NCBI GenBank assembly: GCA_002794465.1
Contig: MTSL01000023.1
Location: forward strand, 1 to 6,978
Origin: Paramicrosporidium saccamoebae KSL3
Lineage: Eukaryota; Fungi; Cryptomycota
Direction: 5' to 3'
Length of the DNA stretch: 6,978 bases
Position 1 is the first letter of the stretch, and each line of letters begins with the position of its first letter. This document shows, piece by piece, positions 6,877 through 6,978 of this stretch. The translations under genes and the position numbers were made by a program. The notes below the pieces were generated by a model. The model was not told the DNA's origin. It saw only the letters and a list, made by a program, of their open reading frames with translations, and did not search any database.

Positions 6877-6978
6877 TCCACTTGTCGCGTAGTGGGGATA
6901 ATACCACGGACTTTGTCAAGCGGGAGGAGAACCCGCTCATTTTTAATCCAATAGCCCTTTTATAGTCTCCCGAGTTGC
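6877..6978. repeat. Copy 2 of the unidentified modular non-coding element (may extend past the window end)
   Basis: Core 6877-6918, GGGAGG 6922-6927, GAACCCG 6929-6935 and TTTTATAGTCTCCCGAGTTGC 6958-6978 occur in the same order and orientation as 237-352. Confidence 0.9.
6958..6978 (-). promoter_or_regulatory. Putative TATA-containing promoter block GCAACTCGGGAGACTATAAAA (minus strand)
   Basis: 19/21 identical to 332-352, with the same 22-nt spacer. The promoter function is an inference. Confidence 0.4.

Noticed and set aside
6857-6940. Minus-strand 27-aa ORF MSGFSSRLTKSVVLSPLRDKWRLTSNY* running through repeat copy 2
   Set aside because: Copy 1 has no ATG in that frame and has an upstream in-frame stop. 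The single core difference is non-synonymous, and near-total nucleotide identity does not show a codon-position pattern.
237-6978. CRISPR-like array
   Set aside because: There are only two copies, 6.6 kb apart, in an intron-containing eukaryotic context with no cas genes.

Overview
Eukaryotic genomic DNA from a compact, probably fungal-lineage (opisthokont) genome. It carries three housekeeping genes in tandem on the + strand: the 3' end of a PLP-homeostasis gene (PLPBP/YggS family, to 205), a spliced cytosolic Fe-S assembly P-loop NTPase CFD1/NUBP2 (551-1372, 263 aa, 1 intron) and a spliced nuclear-basket coiled-coil nucleoporin TPR/MLP1 (1652-6811, 1688 aa, 3 introns). All four coding introns are only 29-34 nt, and retaining any of them introduces a premature stop. 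The signal the genes do not explain is a modular non-coding element present twice in direct orientation 6640 nt apart (237-352 and 6877-6978, the second running to the window edge), each just downstream of a stop codon. It has a 42-nt core (41/42 identical), GGGAGG and GAACYCG blocks, and a 21-nt block (19/21 identical) that reads as a TATAAAA box on the minus strand. I cannot assign it to a known RNA or repeat family. It is a candidate novel small-RNA gene family or structured 3' element. The remaining ORFs in the track are antisense or off-frame shadows.
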